NCBI GenBank assembly: GCA_963743635.1
Contig: CAVUQO010000002.1
Location: 192,001-256,000, forward strand
Length of the DNA stretch: 64,000 bases
Direction: 5' to 3'
From: Candidatus Babeliales bacterium
GTDB taxonomy: Bacteria; Babelota; Babeliae; Babelales; Vermiphilaceae
Shown here one piece after another: positions 38,111-47,024 of the stretch (position 1 is the stretch's first letter; each line of letters starts with the position of its first letter). The position numbers and the translations under genes are program-made. The notes under the pieces were generated by a model. The model was given only the letters and a program-made list of their open reading frames with translations, was not told the origin of the DNA and did no database searches.

Positions 38111-40144
38111 GTGAATCGTTCATTATATTATTTATTATTGGTGGTTATTATTCCCTGCAGTTTTGATCTGAGATCTGATGCGGCTGATACGGCCTCAAGC
38201 CAAGTAACACAAACGAGCACAAAGGCACAACAAAAGGCAGCGCCAAAGACTGCACCAGCAAACGAGGTAAAAGCGGTAGAATCAGAGCCGGCTCAGCAAG
38301 CGCAAGATGATGAGTTTAGTGCAGACACGGAGCAGATGGCGGAAGATACATCGGAATCAGAGGCACCTGTGCAAGAGCCTGCAAAAAAGCAGGTTGCAAT
38401 GAAAAAACAAGCGGCAAAGAAAAAAGGTAAGTCAAAAAAGCAGATGGAGAATGCTGATCAGCAAGAAGCAGCGGCTATGCGCGATGAGCTAGCGGCGATG
38501 GGTCTTGAAGGCAAAGAGCTTGACGATATGCTCAAAGTGCGGCATATGGTTATGGATCTTGTAAAAGAAGGTAAAGAATTTTTCACTGCAAACTCACTTG
38601 ACGTAGCATGCAATGCGATGATCAAAACAAAACAATTTGTCAGAGGCGAAGTCTATCTCTTTCTGTATGATATGGATGGCTATTGCTTAGCTCAGGGCAG
38701 CGATACGGCTAATTTATGGAAAGATTTTAAGCATGAAAAAGTCGGTACTGATGAATATGGCATTTCATTTGTAAATGATTTTATTAGTACAGCGCGTGCT
38801 GGCGGCGGGTGGGTTTCCTATCGCTATAATAATGCAGCTAAAGTTGCATACGTTGAATTAGTTCAAAAAGGTAACACGCAATATGTCATCGGCGGTGGAT
38901 TTTATCCGTATTCAAAAGTATATGCGGTTATGAATTTAGTAAAATTTGCAGTTGCGTATATTAAAGATGCATTCGAAAAAGGCGAAAAAAACGATGAAAT
39001 CTTTAGTACCTTGAGTTTCCCAGGTGGACGCTTTATTACTGGTGATTTATATCTCTATGCACTTGATGAACAAGGGAAATTGTGGGCGCAGGGAGATAAG
39101 CCATCATTGGTTAGGTCAAATGTGTTGAACTACCAAGATGCGAATGGTAAATTCGCAAATCAGGAAATTATCAATCGTTTAAATAAGGGCACCGATGGCG
39201 TTTGGGTTGACTATGTTTCAAAGGGTGCTCCTAAAAAGGCATATGCAGAAAAAGTAACTGATAAGGATGGCAAGAATTATTATATCGTCTGTGGATACTA
39301 TCCAGATACCAATCGCCAAACGGTTGAGGAGATGGTGCATAAGGGTTATGTTGCCATGAAAAAGAGCGGAGAACAGGCCTTTAAAGCTATTAACAGTCAC
39401 AACAAGCAAGATGAATTAGAATTTCATTATGGTGACGTTGATTTACAAGTCTATGCAATCAATGTCCCCAAGAGCAAGAAGGGCGATTGCGTTGCGAACG
39501 GCAGTGATATCGAAGCTATTGGTAAAAACTTTATGGATGAAAAAGATGAAATGGGCAAGCCATACATCAAAAATATTATCGATATGGTTGAGCAAGATAA
39601 AAGTGAGCACGTTGCAGGGCAGGTGAGTCAAAAGCGTAAAAACGCATATGAGTTTACCTATTTTGAAAAGGTGGATACTGGATCAGGCGAATATGTTATC
39701 ATCAGCAGTTTTTATCCAATATCGAAACAAGAAACGATGGAACTATTGGTTAAAGACGCAGTTGGTTTGGTTAAATCAACAAAGCAGGTGAAATTTGCAT
39801 TCAATGAATTTGTGAAGAAAAGTGGCAATTTCTCTCTTGGTGATTTAGAAATATTTGTTTTTGAAAAGAATGGTATATGTGCCGTATTTGGCAGCGATCC
39901 AGACTACATTTGGAGACAAATGATTGATGAGAAAGATGAGCTTGGTGCTCCATACGTGAAGAATTTCATCAATCAAGCGCGCCGCATCCCTGCACGCATT
40001 AAATATAGAATGGATGGCGCTGACGCGCTTGCTTACGTTGAAAAAGTTGATAGAAAAGGAATGACGTTCTACGTAGGATCAAAAATGTTTACCTATGATA
40101 ATATCGAGCTCCAAGACGCGGGCGGCGAAAGCGTGGAATCGTAA
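38111..40144 (+). CDS. Exported protein with four tandem Cache (sCache_2-like) domains
   Basis: Repeated pattern G[DE][LV]Y[LI]..D..G...A.G ... D..G ... GWV.Y ... K.AY.EKV ... Y.[IV]..G.Y. Confidence 0.75.
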   Translation: MNRSLYYLLLVVIIPCSFDLRSDAADTASSQVTQTSTKAQQKAAPKTAPANEVKAVESEPAQQAQDDEFSADTEQMAEDTSESEAPVQEPAKKQVAMKKQAAKKKGKSKKQMENADQQEAAAMRDELAAMGLEGKELDDMLKVRHMVMDLVKEGKEFFTANSLDVACNAMIKTKQFVRGEVYLFLYDMDGYCLAQGSDTANLWKDFKHEKVGTDEYGISFVNDFISTARAGGGWVSYRYNNAAKVAYVELVQKGNTQYVIGGGFYPYSKVYAVMNLVKFAVAYIKDAFEKGEKNDEIFSTLSFPGGRFITGDLYLYALDEQGKLWAQGDKPSLVRSNVLNYQDANGKFANQEIINRLNKGTDGVWVDYVSKGAPKKAYAEKVTDKDGKNYYIVCGYYPDTNRQTVEEMVHKGYVAMKKSGEQAFKAINSHNKQDELEFHYGDVDLQVYAINVPKSKKGDCVANGSDIEAIGKNFMDEKDEMGKPYIKNIIDMVEQDKSEHVAGQVSQKRKNAYEFTYFEKVDTGSGEYVIISSFYPISKQETMELLVKDAVGLVKSTKQVKFAFNEFVKKSGNFSLGDLEIFVFEKNGICAVFGSDPDYIWRQMIDEKDELGAPYVKNFINQARRIPARIKYRMDGADALAYVEKVDRKGMTFYVGSKMFTYDNIELQDAGGESVES

Positions 40145-40167
40145 TAAAATAGATCGTTAAAAGCATC

Positions 40168-40211
40168 AAAAAAGAGTGGGCCGAGTGTATATACTCGGCC
40201 CACTCTTTTTT
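40168..40211. terminator. Bidirectional intrinsic terminator
   Basis: AAAAAAGAGTGGGCCGAGT-loop-ACTCGGCCCACTCTTTTTT. Confidence 0.88.
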
Positions 40212-40233
40212 ATGGTATTTTTTCAGTGCGATC

Positions 40234-40650
40234 TTAGTTTTCAATCTCTTTATGATATTTAATGATGCAATGGTGTCCGGGCGCAGCGCGATTGAATGCG
40301 CCGACGCCGTCATAATATCCGCCGGTAATTGTATAAAGAACCGTTTTATTATTAGTGGTGAATGAAAGCGGCCTGCCTTCACCCTTGCACGATTTCATAT
40401 TGTGATCTTCGATGTTATCGCTGTAAAATACATTGATTTTGGTACCATTGGGGACTGAAATAAATTTTTTATTGCCTTTTTTGAGTGTCTTTATGAATGT
40501 TTTTTTCCCTTTATTCCATTGGATACTCAGATCGCCCTCCGTATTATTCACGATGGATATGCCATCATGTTTCCCAACGGGTTGCATAGGTTTTGCTGCA
40601 TGTATTGCACCTGCAGATACAAGAGTGATCAGCATCATAATCTTTTTCAT
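40234..40650 (-). CDS. Secreted hypothetical protein
   Basis: MKKIMML...IHA-AKP signal peptide, same type as 60452-60976. Confidence 0.72.
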   Translation of the reverse strand: MKKIMMLITLVSAGAIHAAKPMQPVGKHDGISIVNNTEGDLSIQWNKGKKTFIKTLKKGNKKFISVPNGTKINVFYSDNIEDHNMKSCKGEGRPLSFTTNNKTVLYTITGGYYDGVGAFNRAAPGHHCIIKYHKEIEN

Positions 40651-40682
40651 TATAAAATCCTTAGCAAAAGTGCCGTATGTTT

Positions 40683-41042
40683 TTATTCATTGACTATAGT
40701 TGCGCGTATAGATGGTTGAAAAAAGCTACTATGATCGACCGTAATATCGAGCCTGCTGTTATCGCCTAATTTGTGCATATATTTATCATTGCCATGAAAT
40801 TTATACACAATTTCTTTATAAGGAGGCTTATTGGGCGATGCGCTTATCACAAAATTAGCTACTTCTTTTTGTTGTGGTCGACTGCCTGGTTCGAGTGTAA
40901 ACATGGTGGTTGGATTTTTGGAATCATATGTTTTGCAGACAATGTGCAGAATATAATCTGGTGATATATTGTTAAATTTAACCCATGTTGCCTGTGTAGT
41001 GCATGGCACCAACATAAGCATCATCATAAGACTTTTTTTCAT
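40683..41042 (-). CDS. Secreted hypothetical protein
   Basis: GGGGAG RBS, signal peptide TQA. Confidence 0.72.
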   Translation of the reverse strand: MKKSLMMMLMLVPCTTQATWVKFNNISPDYILHIVCKTYDSKNPTTMFTLEPGSRPQQKEVANFVISASPNKPPYKEIVYKFHGNDKYMHKLGDNSRLDITVDHSSFFQPSIRATIVNE

Positions 41043-41140
41043 AGTAAACTCCCCTAATCGGAAAATGATTTATCCAATGTGAAGATAGCAAATATGAAAA
41101 ATAGAAATCAATAATAATCATATTAATAGATCTTTTTACA

Positions 41141-41659
41141 TTATTTAATGTAAAGGGCAATGTCGTGGTGGCTATTTTCGATGGTCCACGCTTCTGGAAC
41201 AGTTTGCTCTAAAGTAAGACCAACCTTTTGGGCTACGCGGCATGAAGCGATGTTTTCAGAAAGGATCCATGCTTCAAGACGAGAAATTTCGGGAAATTGA
41301 TCGGTAATAGCGAGTACTGCTTTGAGTGCTTGCGTGGTGTAACCTTTGCCCCATTGATTCTGTGCGAGTGCGTAATACAGTTCTGCTCTGCCATTTTCAT
41401 GCTGTGTGATACTGCATTCTCCGATAATGGTATTAGATTCTTGCAGTGCAATGCCCCAGACGTGCGTTGTTTTTAATGCGTGAATCAATTTGATGTACGC
41501 GATTGTTTCATCGAGAGTTTCATGCGGATTCCAATGCGTAAAATGCGCGACGCGTGGATCGGACGTATAGGAAAAAATAGCGGGTGCATCATTGAGTTCA
41601 ATCGGCCTGAGAACCAATTCTTCCGTGATAAGACATCGATATGATGGTGAGAATGCCAT
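41141..41659 (-). CDS. GNAT N-acetyltransferase, RimJ/RimL family
   Basis: TEELVLRPI, WGKGYTT, ENIASCRVAQKVG. Confidence 0.88.
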   Translation of the reverse strand: MAFSPSYRCLITEELVLRPIELNDAPAIFSYTSDPRVAHFTHWNPHETLDETIAYIKLIHALKTTHVWGIALQESNTIIGECSITQHENGRAELYYALAQNQWGKGYTTQALKAVLAITDQFPEISRLEAWILSENIASCRVAQKVGLTLEQTVPEAWTIENSHHDIALYIK

Positions 41660-41797
41660 GCTCAATCTTTCTACTTTTTTGTAATAGTATAGCATGGCTC
41701 CAAAAAATGGATATTTTTTGGCTGTTTTTCAGGTTTGTGGTCGATTTAAGCGGATTGTATTGATGCAAGCATGGTGATACAATTGTTGAGGTTTTAA

Positions 41798-41832
41798 TAA
41801 AAAAGGCCCACAGAAATTCTGTGGGCCTTTTT
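41798..41832 (-). terminator. Intrinsic terminator after dps
   Basis: AAAAAAGGCCCACAGAA-TTCTGTGGGCCTTTTT. Confidence 0.8.
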
Positions 41833-41864
41833 GCTACATCAATTTTTTGCGGTTCGGTATTTTT

Positions 41865-42350
41865 TTATTTTGCATCCTCAAGCACCGTCGCACGTAACAT
41901 CCACGCTAGTTTTTCATGTTTTTCAAGTAATCCACCAAGGAAATTTTCAGTACCATAATCATGATGATCGACGACGACGTTTTTCATATCATCACGCATG
42001 GAGCAAATGACAGTTTCATGATCAGCAAGCAAGTTTTTGAGCATTTCGTGCGCCTTAGGTTGGATACCTGGCGTTTCTTTCAAGCGTGTATATTGAGAAA
42101 ATTCAGCGAGAGTGCCAAAAGAGGGAGCGCCAAGCGCACGCACGCGTTCTGCAACTTCATCAACTATTTCAAGGAGTTCTCGATATTGTTCTTCTAACAT
42201 TTTATGCAAATCATGAAAATGTGAACCTTTAACATTCCAGTGATAATTATAGGTTTTGGTGAAAAGTACATATTCATCAGCAAGTAATACATTGAGTGTA
42301 TGCGATATAGTTTTTTGATATTCTTTGGTCAAGCCAGTATTAAGAGACAT
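41865..42350 (-). CDS. dps: DNA starvation/stationary phase protection protein Dps
   Basis: YHWNVKGSHFHDLH, DEVAERVRALG, EKLAWML; start at ATG 42350 with AAGGA RBS. Confidence 0.95.
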   Translation of the reverse strand: MSLNTGLTKEYQKTISHTLNVLLADEYVLFTKTYNYHWNVKGSHFHDLHKMLEEQYRELLEIVDEVAERVRALGAPSFGTLAEFSQYTRLKETPGIQPKAHEMLKNLLADHETVICSMRDDMKNVVVDHHDYGTENFLGGLLEKHEKLAWMLRATVLEDAK

Positions 42351-42439
42351 GGAAATCCTTTCATTGAAAATATGATCACTGCTATTGTAATACTGTTGAG
42401 CTAATGCAGCAAGGTGATGATCGTGGGAAAAGGATATAT

Positions 42440-43063
42440 ATGAAGAGCATAAGGCTAGTGATAATAAGTGTTGCGATAGCGATGAATGCATGTGCTAGTG
42501 AAAGTCCAAATAGAAGAGGCAAAAAACGCCCAGTTTTAGCAGTAGGCAGATCAATAGGTTTGGCCGATAATTCATCCGAGGCTGAAAAATGGCGTAATAT
42601 GTTTAACTCTTATATTGCGAATCAAACACGGTGGAGTGCTATTGGTATGCACGATATAGTAGTGCGGACAGGGCTTGATATTAATGCACGAGATGAAACC
42701 GGTAAGACGCCATTGCAGTTGGCGCAAGAATTAGGAAATTCAATAGCTGTTAAGTACCTTTTAGAGAAGGGTGCACACGATACTAATCCTGCCCGCAGCG
42801 CGGAGTTGCTCAAATCCCTTGAATCGATTGGCTTTGAACGTATTGATCCTGTAATGATACGTTCTGTAAATAATCAGCCACTCTTTCTTGAGCCAAACAC
42901 TCACACTACGACAATCACCACAACGACTACGACTACCGCACCTGGCAGAGCATCAGGCGCCACGCCAGAAGAACAATTTAGGTCTCCGCCTGCAATTCAG
43001 CGAGACACAGCATTAGTTATAAAATTAAAAGAGTCATCTGATGATGACGATGATATTAAATAA
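42440..43063 (+). CDS. Secreted ankyrin-repeat protein
   Basis: Signal peptide; GLDINARDETGKTPLQLAQELGNSIAVKYLLEKGA. Confidence 0.82.
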   Translation: MKSIRLVIISVAIAMNACASESPNRRGKKRPVLAVGRSIGLADNSSEAEKWRNMFNSYIANQTRWSAIGMHDIVVRTGLDINARDETGKTPLQLAQELGNSIAVKYLLEKGAHDTNPARSAELLKSLESIGFERIDPVMIRSVNNQPLFLEPNTHTTTITTTTTTTAPGRASGATPEEQFRSPPAIQRDTALVIKLKESSDDDDDIK

Positions 43064-43099
43064 AAAACCGTGAAGCCTTTTTAAACTTCACGGTTTTTT
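43062..43099. terminator. Bidirectional intrinsic terminator
   Basis: AAAAAACCGTGAAG-loop-CTTCACGGTTTTTT. Confidence 0.8.
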
Positions 43100-43122
43100 A
43101 TGATTTCAGATTAAGAAAATAA

Positions 43123-44211
43123 TTACTCTTGAAGGAACACTGCTTCAATAGTTTTTGCATCAAGAATCATATTGTGAAATACGGGCATCTCGGGTACTAA
43201 TATGTGCAATTCGCGTACCGCAAGTGCGCTATTTGCAATAGGGCCAGAAACTGCTGAAATATCCATATCAAATTGTTCTTTTATCATACATACACCTGCA
43301 AATGCGCTCAATGCATCACGTGCTGAAAATACTAAATGATCGAATGTTTCAGTGATTTCAAAGCTGCTCAGTAGTGTGTATGCTTCCTCTTGCAAAATAC
43401 CGTCTGCAATTTCAAGAACGATGTAACCACCTTTAGGGCACAGTGCATTTAGGTGAGTATACATGCGCCAGTAGAGCGTCGTGAGTTGTTCTTCAGAAAT
43501 TTTATACGTAGAAGGAAAACCGAACGATGTAAAATCAACCACTGTTTTTGCGCCCGCTGCTTCCATGAGCAAAATGTCTTTTTTTGCAGCAGTGCCGGTA
43601 ATTTTACCCGCAACCACTTGTTTGCCTGCTTGAGTCAAGCCATACACAATCATTTTTGCGGTATGCGATTTGCCAGCATTCATTGATGAACCGGTAATCA
43701 CAATTAACGTTTTATCTTCTTGTTTTTTATCTTTAAGTTTTGCAGGAGTTGGTATGCCATAATCAAGTGTGTTGATAATCTTGCCTTTTGCATCTTGGAA
43801 AAATGCGAGTACTTCTACTTTGGTGGCTTCACCAATCGTGGTATTACGATTGATTACCGTCCCGATAGTGCCACCGCCATTGAAAAGATCTATGATTGGA
43901 TTATTCAATGAATTTGATACCATTCCTTCATACTGATCAGGAGCGTAACGATTGGCAAAAACAGCAACGAATTCACTGCCAACAAAAATAGGAAAACGTT
44001 GACCAAACTCTTCTTCAAGATTAGCATGCCCGCCTAAGCTTACAACACGGACCAGCACCAAATCGCCAAAAGATGGCTTTTTTAGAGGCGCAGTGGCGTG
44101 AATGGCTGTTTTTGGTACGCTGGATGCAGCCGTACTAAAACGGAGGGATTGGATGTCCGGCTGATTAAATAAAGAAGAAATCTTCTTCGATTGTGAAGTT
44201 ATTTGATTCAT
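43123..44211 (-). CDS. DUF1611-like P-loop protein
   Basis: NRYAPDQYEG, ITGSSMNAGKS, KITGTA, DFTSFGFPSTY, EIADGILQEE. Confidence 0.6.
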   Translation of the reverse strand: MNQITSQSKKISSLFNQPDIQSLRFSTAASSVPKTAIHATAPLKKPSFGDLVLVRVVSLGGHANLEEEFGQRFPIFVGSEFVAVFANRYAPDQYEGMVSNSLNNPIIDLFNGGGTIGTVINRNTTIGEATKVEVLAFFQDAKGKIINTLDYGIPTPAKLKDKKQEDKTLIVITGSSMNAGKSHTAKMIVYGLTQAGKQVVAGKITGTAAKKDILLMEAAGAKTVVDFTSFGFPSTYKISEEQLTTLYWRMYTHLNALCPKGGYIVLEIADGILQEEAYTLLSSFEITETFDHLVFSARDALSAFAGVCMIKEQFDMDISAVSGPIANSALAVRELHILVPEMPVFHNMILDAKTIEAVFLQE

Positions 44212-44300
44212 AAGGTACTATTTGAGTTTATGGATGTAAAAAAAGAAAGTATACTAATATTCTATAAAAAGTCACTTCCTTTGTTGTGTTATGGTCTTGT

Positions 44301-45212
44301 ATGAAGCAAAAATATGGTAAATCGAGTGGCGTGGTGGTCGTGATTCATGGGGGCGCAGGCCCGCAGGATCCTTCTGCCGAGGGCATTGAGCGTGCAAATA
44401 AGGCTCTTGCTCGGATCGCCAAAGATGCCACAAAGATGATACTGGACGGTGTTCCCTTAACCCGGGTTGCTTGTTATTGCCTTCAACAACTCGAAGAGGA
44501 CCCTCAATTTAATGCCGGTATTGGCAGTGCATTGCAAAGCGATGGCATTCCTCGCCTTTCGGCTTCCCTCATGAATGGAGAAAAACAAAATTTCTCTGGC
44601 GTCATAGGGGCTACATCTATCCCATACCCCTCATTGTTGGTCGAGGCGCTTCAATCTCGACGCGCAAGGGTATTAACCCATCCGGGCACCGAACTTTTGG
44701 CTAGAGAGCTTAATATTCCGGTGCATTCAAATATTACCGAAAGACGCTCGAAGCGTTGGCTCACGATTATGGAAAGGGAAGGATATCCGGATAAATATAC
44801 CGAATGCGATACCGTGGGAGTCGTAATTCGCAGTGGCGATGGACGGCTCGTAGCGGCTTCAAGTACTGGCGGACGTGGGCACGAATATCCGGGTCGTGTG
44901 GGCGATACGCCGACGGTAGCAGGCAATTATGCAAGTAAGCATGCAGCAGTAGCGGTAACTGGGCATGGTGAACAAATCACCAACGATGCAATTGCAGCAC
45001 GCTTGGAAACACGCGTGCGTGATGGGCGAAGTCTTGAAAAGGCATCCCGGAAAACATTCAAAGAAGGTTTGAAAAATAAGCGCCGTTATGGTTGGATCGC
45101 GGTCAGCAGACGGGGCCATTGGGGCATTGCGTACACCACGCAATATATGCCGTACGTTGTCTGGGGTGAAAATGGGCAGATCGATATCTTTGAGTTGGAT
45201 GAAATCGACTAA
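44301..45212 (+). CDS. Isoaspartyl peptidase/L-asparaginase (Ntn hydrolase)
   Basis: IHGGAG, FNAGIGS, DTVG, STGG, GRVGDTP, TGHGE. Confidence 0.9.
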   Translation: MKQKYGKSSGVVVVIHGGAGPQDPSAEGIERANKALARIAKDATKMILDGVPLTRVACYCLQQLEEDPQFNAGIGSALQSDGIPRLSASLMNGEKQNFSGVIGATSIPYPSLLVEALQSRRARVLTHPGTELLARELNIPVHSNITERRSKRWLTIMEREGYPDKYTECDTVGVVIRSGDGRLVAASSTGGRGHEYPGRVGDTPTVAGNYASKHAAVAVTGHGEQITNDAIAARLETRVRDGRSLEKASRKTFKEGLKNKRRYGWIAVSRRGHWGIAYTTQYMPYVVWGENGQIDIFELDEID

Positions 45213-45301
45213 TAATAATGATTTTTTTCGCAAAGTATAAAAACTCTAGCGTTTTAATGAATACTTCAATTAAGGTACAAGATTAAAACCAGGAGGGATG
45301 T

Positions 45302-45613
45302 ATGAAAATAGCGATTGTTATGGGTACATGTATCGGCATTGCAGCGAGCAATGCATATAGCATGGAAGCGCCAAGAGTGTTTTCTAAATCACTTGGCGCC
45401 CTTGATTTTGAGAAGCGTATCTCTACGCAACGTGCGATCATGGAAAATAATCATCAAAAGGCAAAAGATGATTTTGAGATCATGCAACATGAAATCCCGA
45501 GAGAAGCCTGTCGACAAATTCTCACAGAGCTGATCACTGCATCAGCAATATTAAGTGCCACGTTTATAAGATTGGATTTGAACCCAGCATACTTTATCGA
45601 AAAGAGAGAATAA
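45302..45613 (+). CDS. Secreted hypothetical protein
   Basis: AGGAGG RBS; signal peptide AYS-ME. Confidence 0.65.
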   Translation: MKIAIVMGTCIGIAASNAYSMEAPRVFSKSLGALDFEKRISTQRAIMENNHQKAKDDFEIMQHEIPREACRQILTELITASAILSATFIRLDLNPAYFIEKRE

Positions 45614-45634
45614 CGTGCGCAATAGATATTCTTA

Positions 45635-45895
45635 CTATTTCTGCTCGTGAGAATTATGCGTATCTGGTGTTGCAATATGCGCAGGCGTTTCAGAGACGAG
45701 TGAAAAACGAGGAACGCTTTTATCGCCCACGGTCACTATTTCACAAAACATCGATTTTGGACGCACCCAAAAGCCATAATCGTCATACAGTTTCTGGTAG
45801 AGCACCATATCTTCGAGCGTTTCAGAATGCTGTGCAGTGCCAATAACGTTATAAAATTTACCTTTATAATGACGATACATTCCCGGACGAATCAT
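45635..45895 (-). CDS. DUF1653 family protein
   Basis: GMYRHYKGKFY.V...A.HSETLE.MVLYQ.LY....WVRP..MF. Confidence 0.9.
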   Translation of the reverse strand: MIRPGMYRHYKGKFYNVIGTAQHSETLEDMVLYQKLYDDYGFWVRPKSMFCEIVTVGDKSVPRFSLVSETPAHIATPDTHNSHEQK

Positions 45896-45921
45896 AGGAG
45901 TCCTTGTTTTTGTATTCCGTT

Positions 45922-46047
45922 ACCCATTCGAGACATTTTTCATTACGCTTTGCTTATGAAAAATCCTCAGGGCGAACGGAAGTGGTAATCATCCCCGTTC
46001 GCCCTGAGGATTTTTCGATCCTTTAGGATAGAAAATATCGAATGGGT
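45922..46047. repeat. REP-like palindromic element
   Basis: Outer IR ACCCATTCGA/TCGAATGGGT; inner perfect 22-bp IR 45958-45979 / 45995-46016. Confidence 0.8.
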
Positions 46048-46160
46048 TAGGGGATGTGAGGTATTGATTTCTTACCATACACCGTATTTGCCGTAAGGCC
46101 AACTTTACGAAAAATGACGATTCCATTACAGTATATTAAACATTTATCTTCGAGGTTTCT

Positions 46161-46917
46161 ATGAAACAATCCACAGCATCATATGGAATTGACGCTCCCT
46201 ATGTTATTCTCGGACTTTTAGTGGGATCCGTCACAACGACTATCCTCTACATTCTCAGTTTTTATAGTCCGTTGGTGCTTAAACTCTTCTTCACATACAA
46301 CATTTTTACACTCTTATTTAACATGTCTCCGTACGCTCAATATGTGGTATGTATGATAGCAATGATTACTCCTGCGGTGCTTATGCTTATGAGTAGCTTA
46401 TGGGGCAAGCAACGGCAGCGGGACATTCTTTTGAATCAGTATGATTGGAAAGGAGATGAAACAGTGTTAGACCTTGGGTGTGGCCGTGGATTGTTGCTCA
46501 TTGGTGCTGCCAAAAAATTAAAAACGGGCAGAGCATATGGCATTGATATTTGGTCCGCGAAAGATCTTTCAAATAATTCAAAAGCTGCAGTTGAGCGAAA
46601 TTGTCAGATTGAAGGTGTTGCAGATAAGGTAACGCTTATGGATGCTGATGCGCGCAATATGCCATTTGCCGATGATATGTTTGACGTAGTGATGTCCCAG
46701 CATGGTGGTGCACAACATTGATAAAGCGGGGCGCAAAAAAGCGCTTGCTGAAATGGTGCGCGTCTGTAAAAAGGGAGGCGTCATATTTATTCAGGATTTT
46801 CAATGTACTGATGAATATGTGCAATACTTAAAATCCGCCGGTCTCAAAAAAGTTTCAATCTCAGATCGTTATTGGAATATCTTTCCGCCGGTTAAGATAG
46901 TGCAGGCCGTGAAATAA
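46161..46917 (+). CDS. Membrane-anchored class I SAM-dependent methyltransferase; extra C near 46698
   Basis: VLDLGCGRG and DARNMPFADDMFDVV; continues in another frame as SMVVHNI...ALAEMVRVCKKGG. Confidence 0.85.
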
Positions 46918-47024
46918 GGTATTGAGGCCATCGACTATGATAAAACCGCATCATAAAAAAATTAGGGAATGTGATTAATAAGGCATATCCAAAACGAGTG
47001 CAATGAAGAATATCTACAATGATG

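Noticed and set aside
41865..43063. Apparent head-to-head overlap of dps and the ankyrin gene
   Set aside because: The overlap disappears with RBS-supported starts at 42350 and 42440
46690..46705. Programmed frameshift in the methyltransferase
   Set aside because: A single extra C with no slippery site, matching the error pattern seen elsewhere
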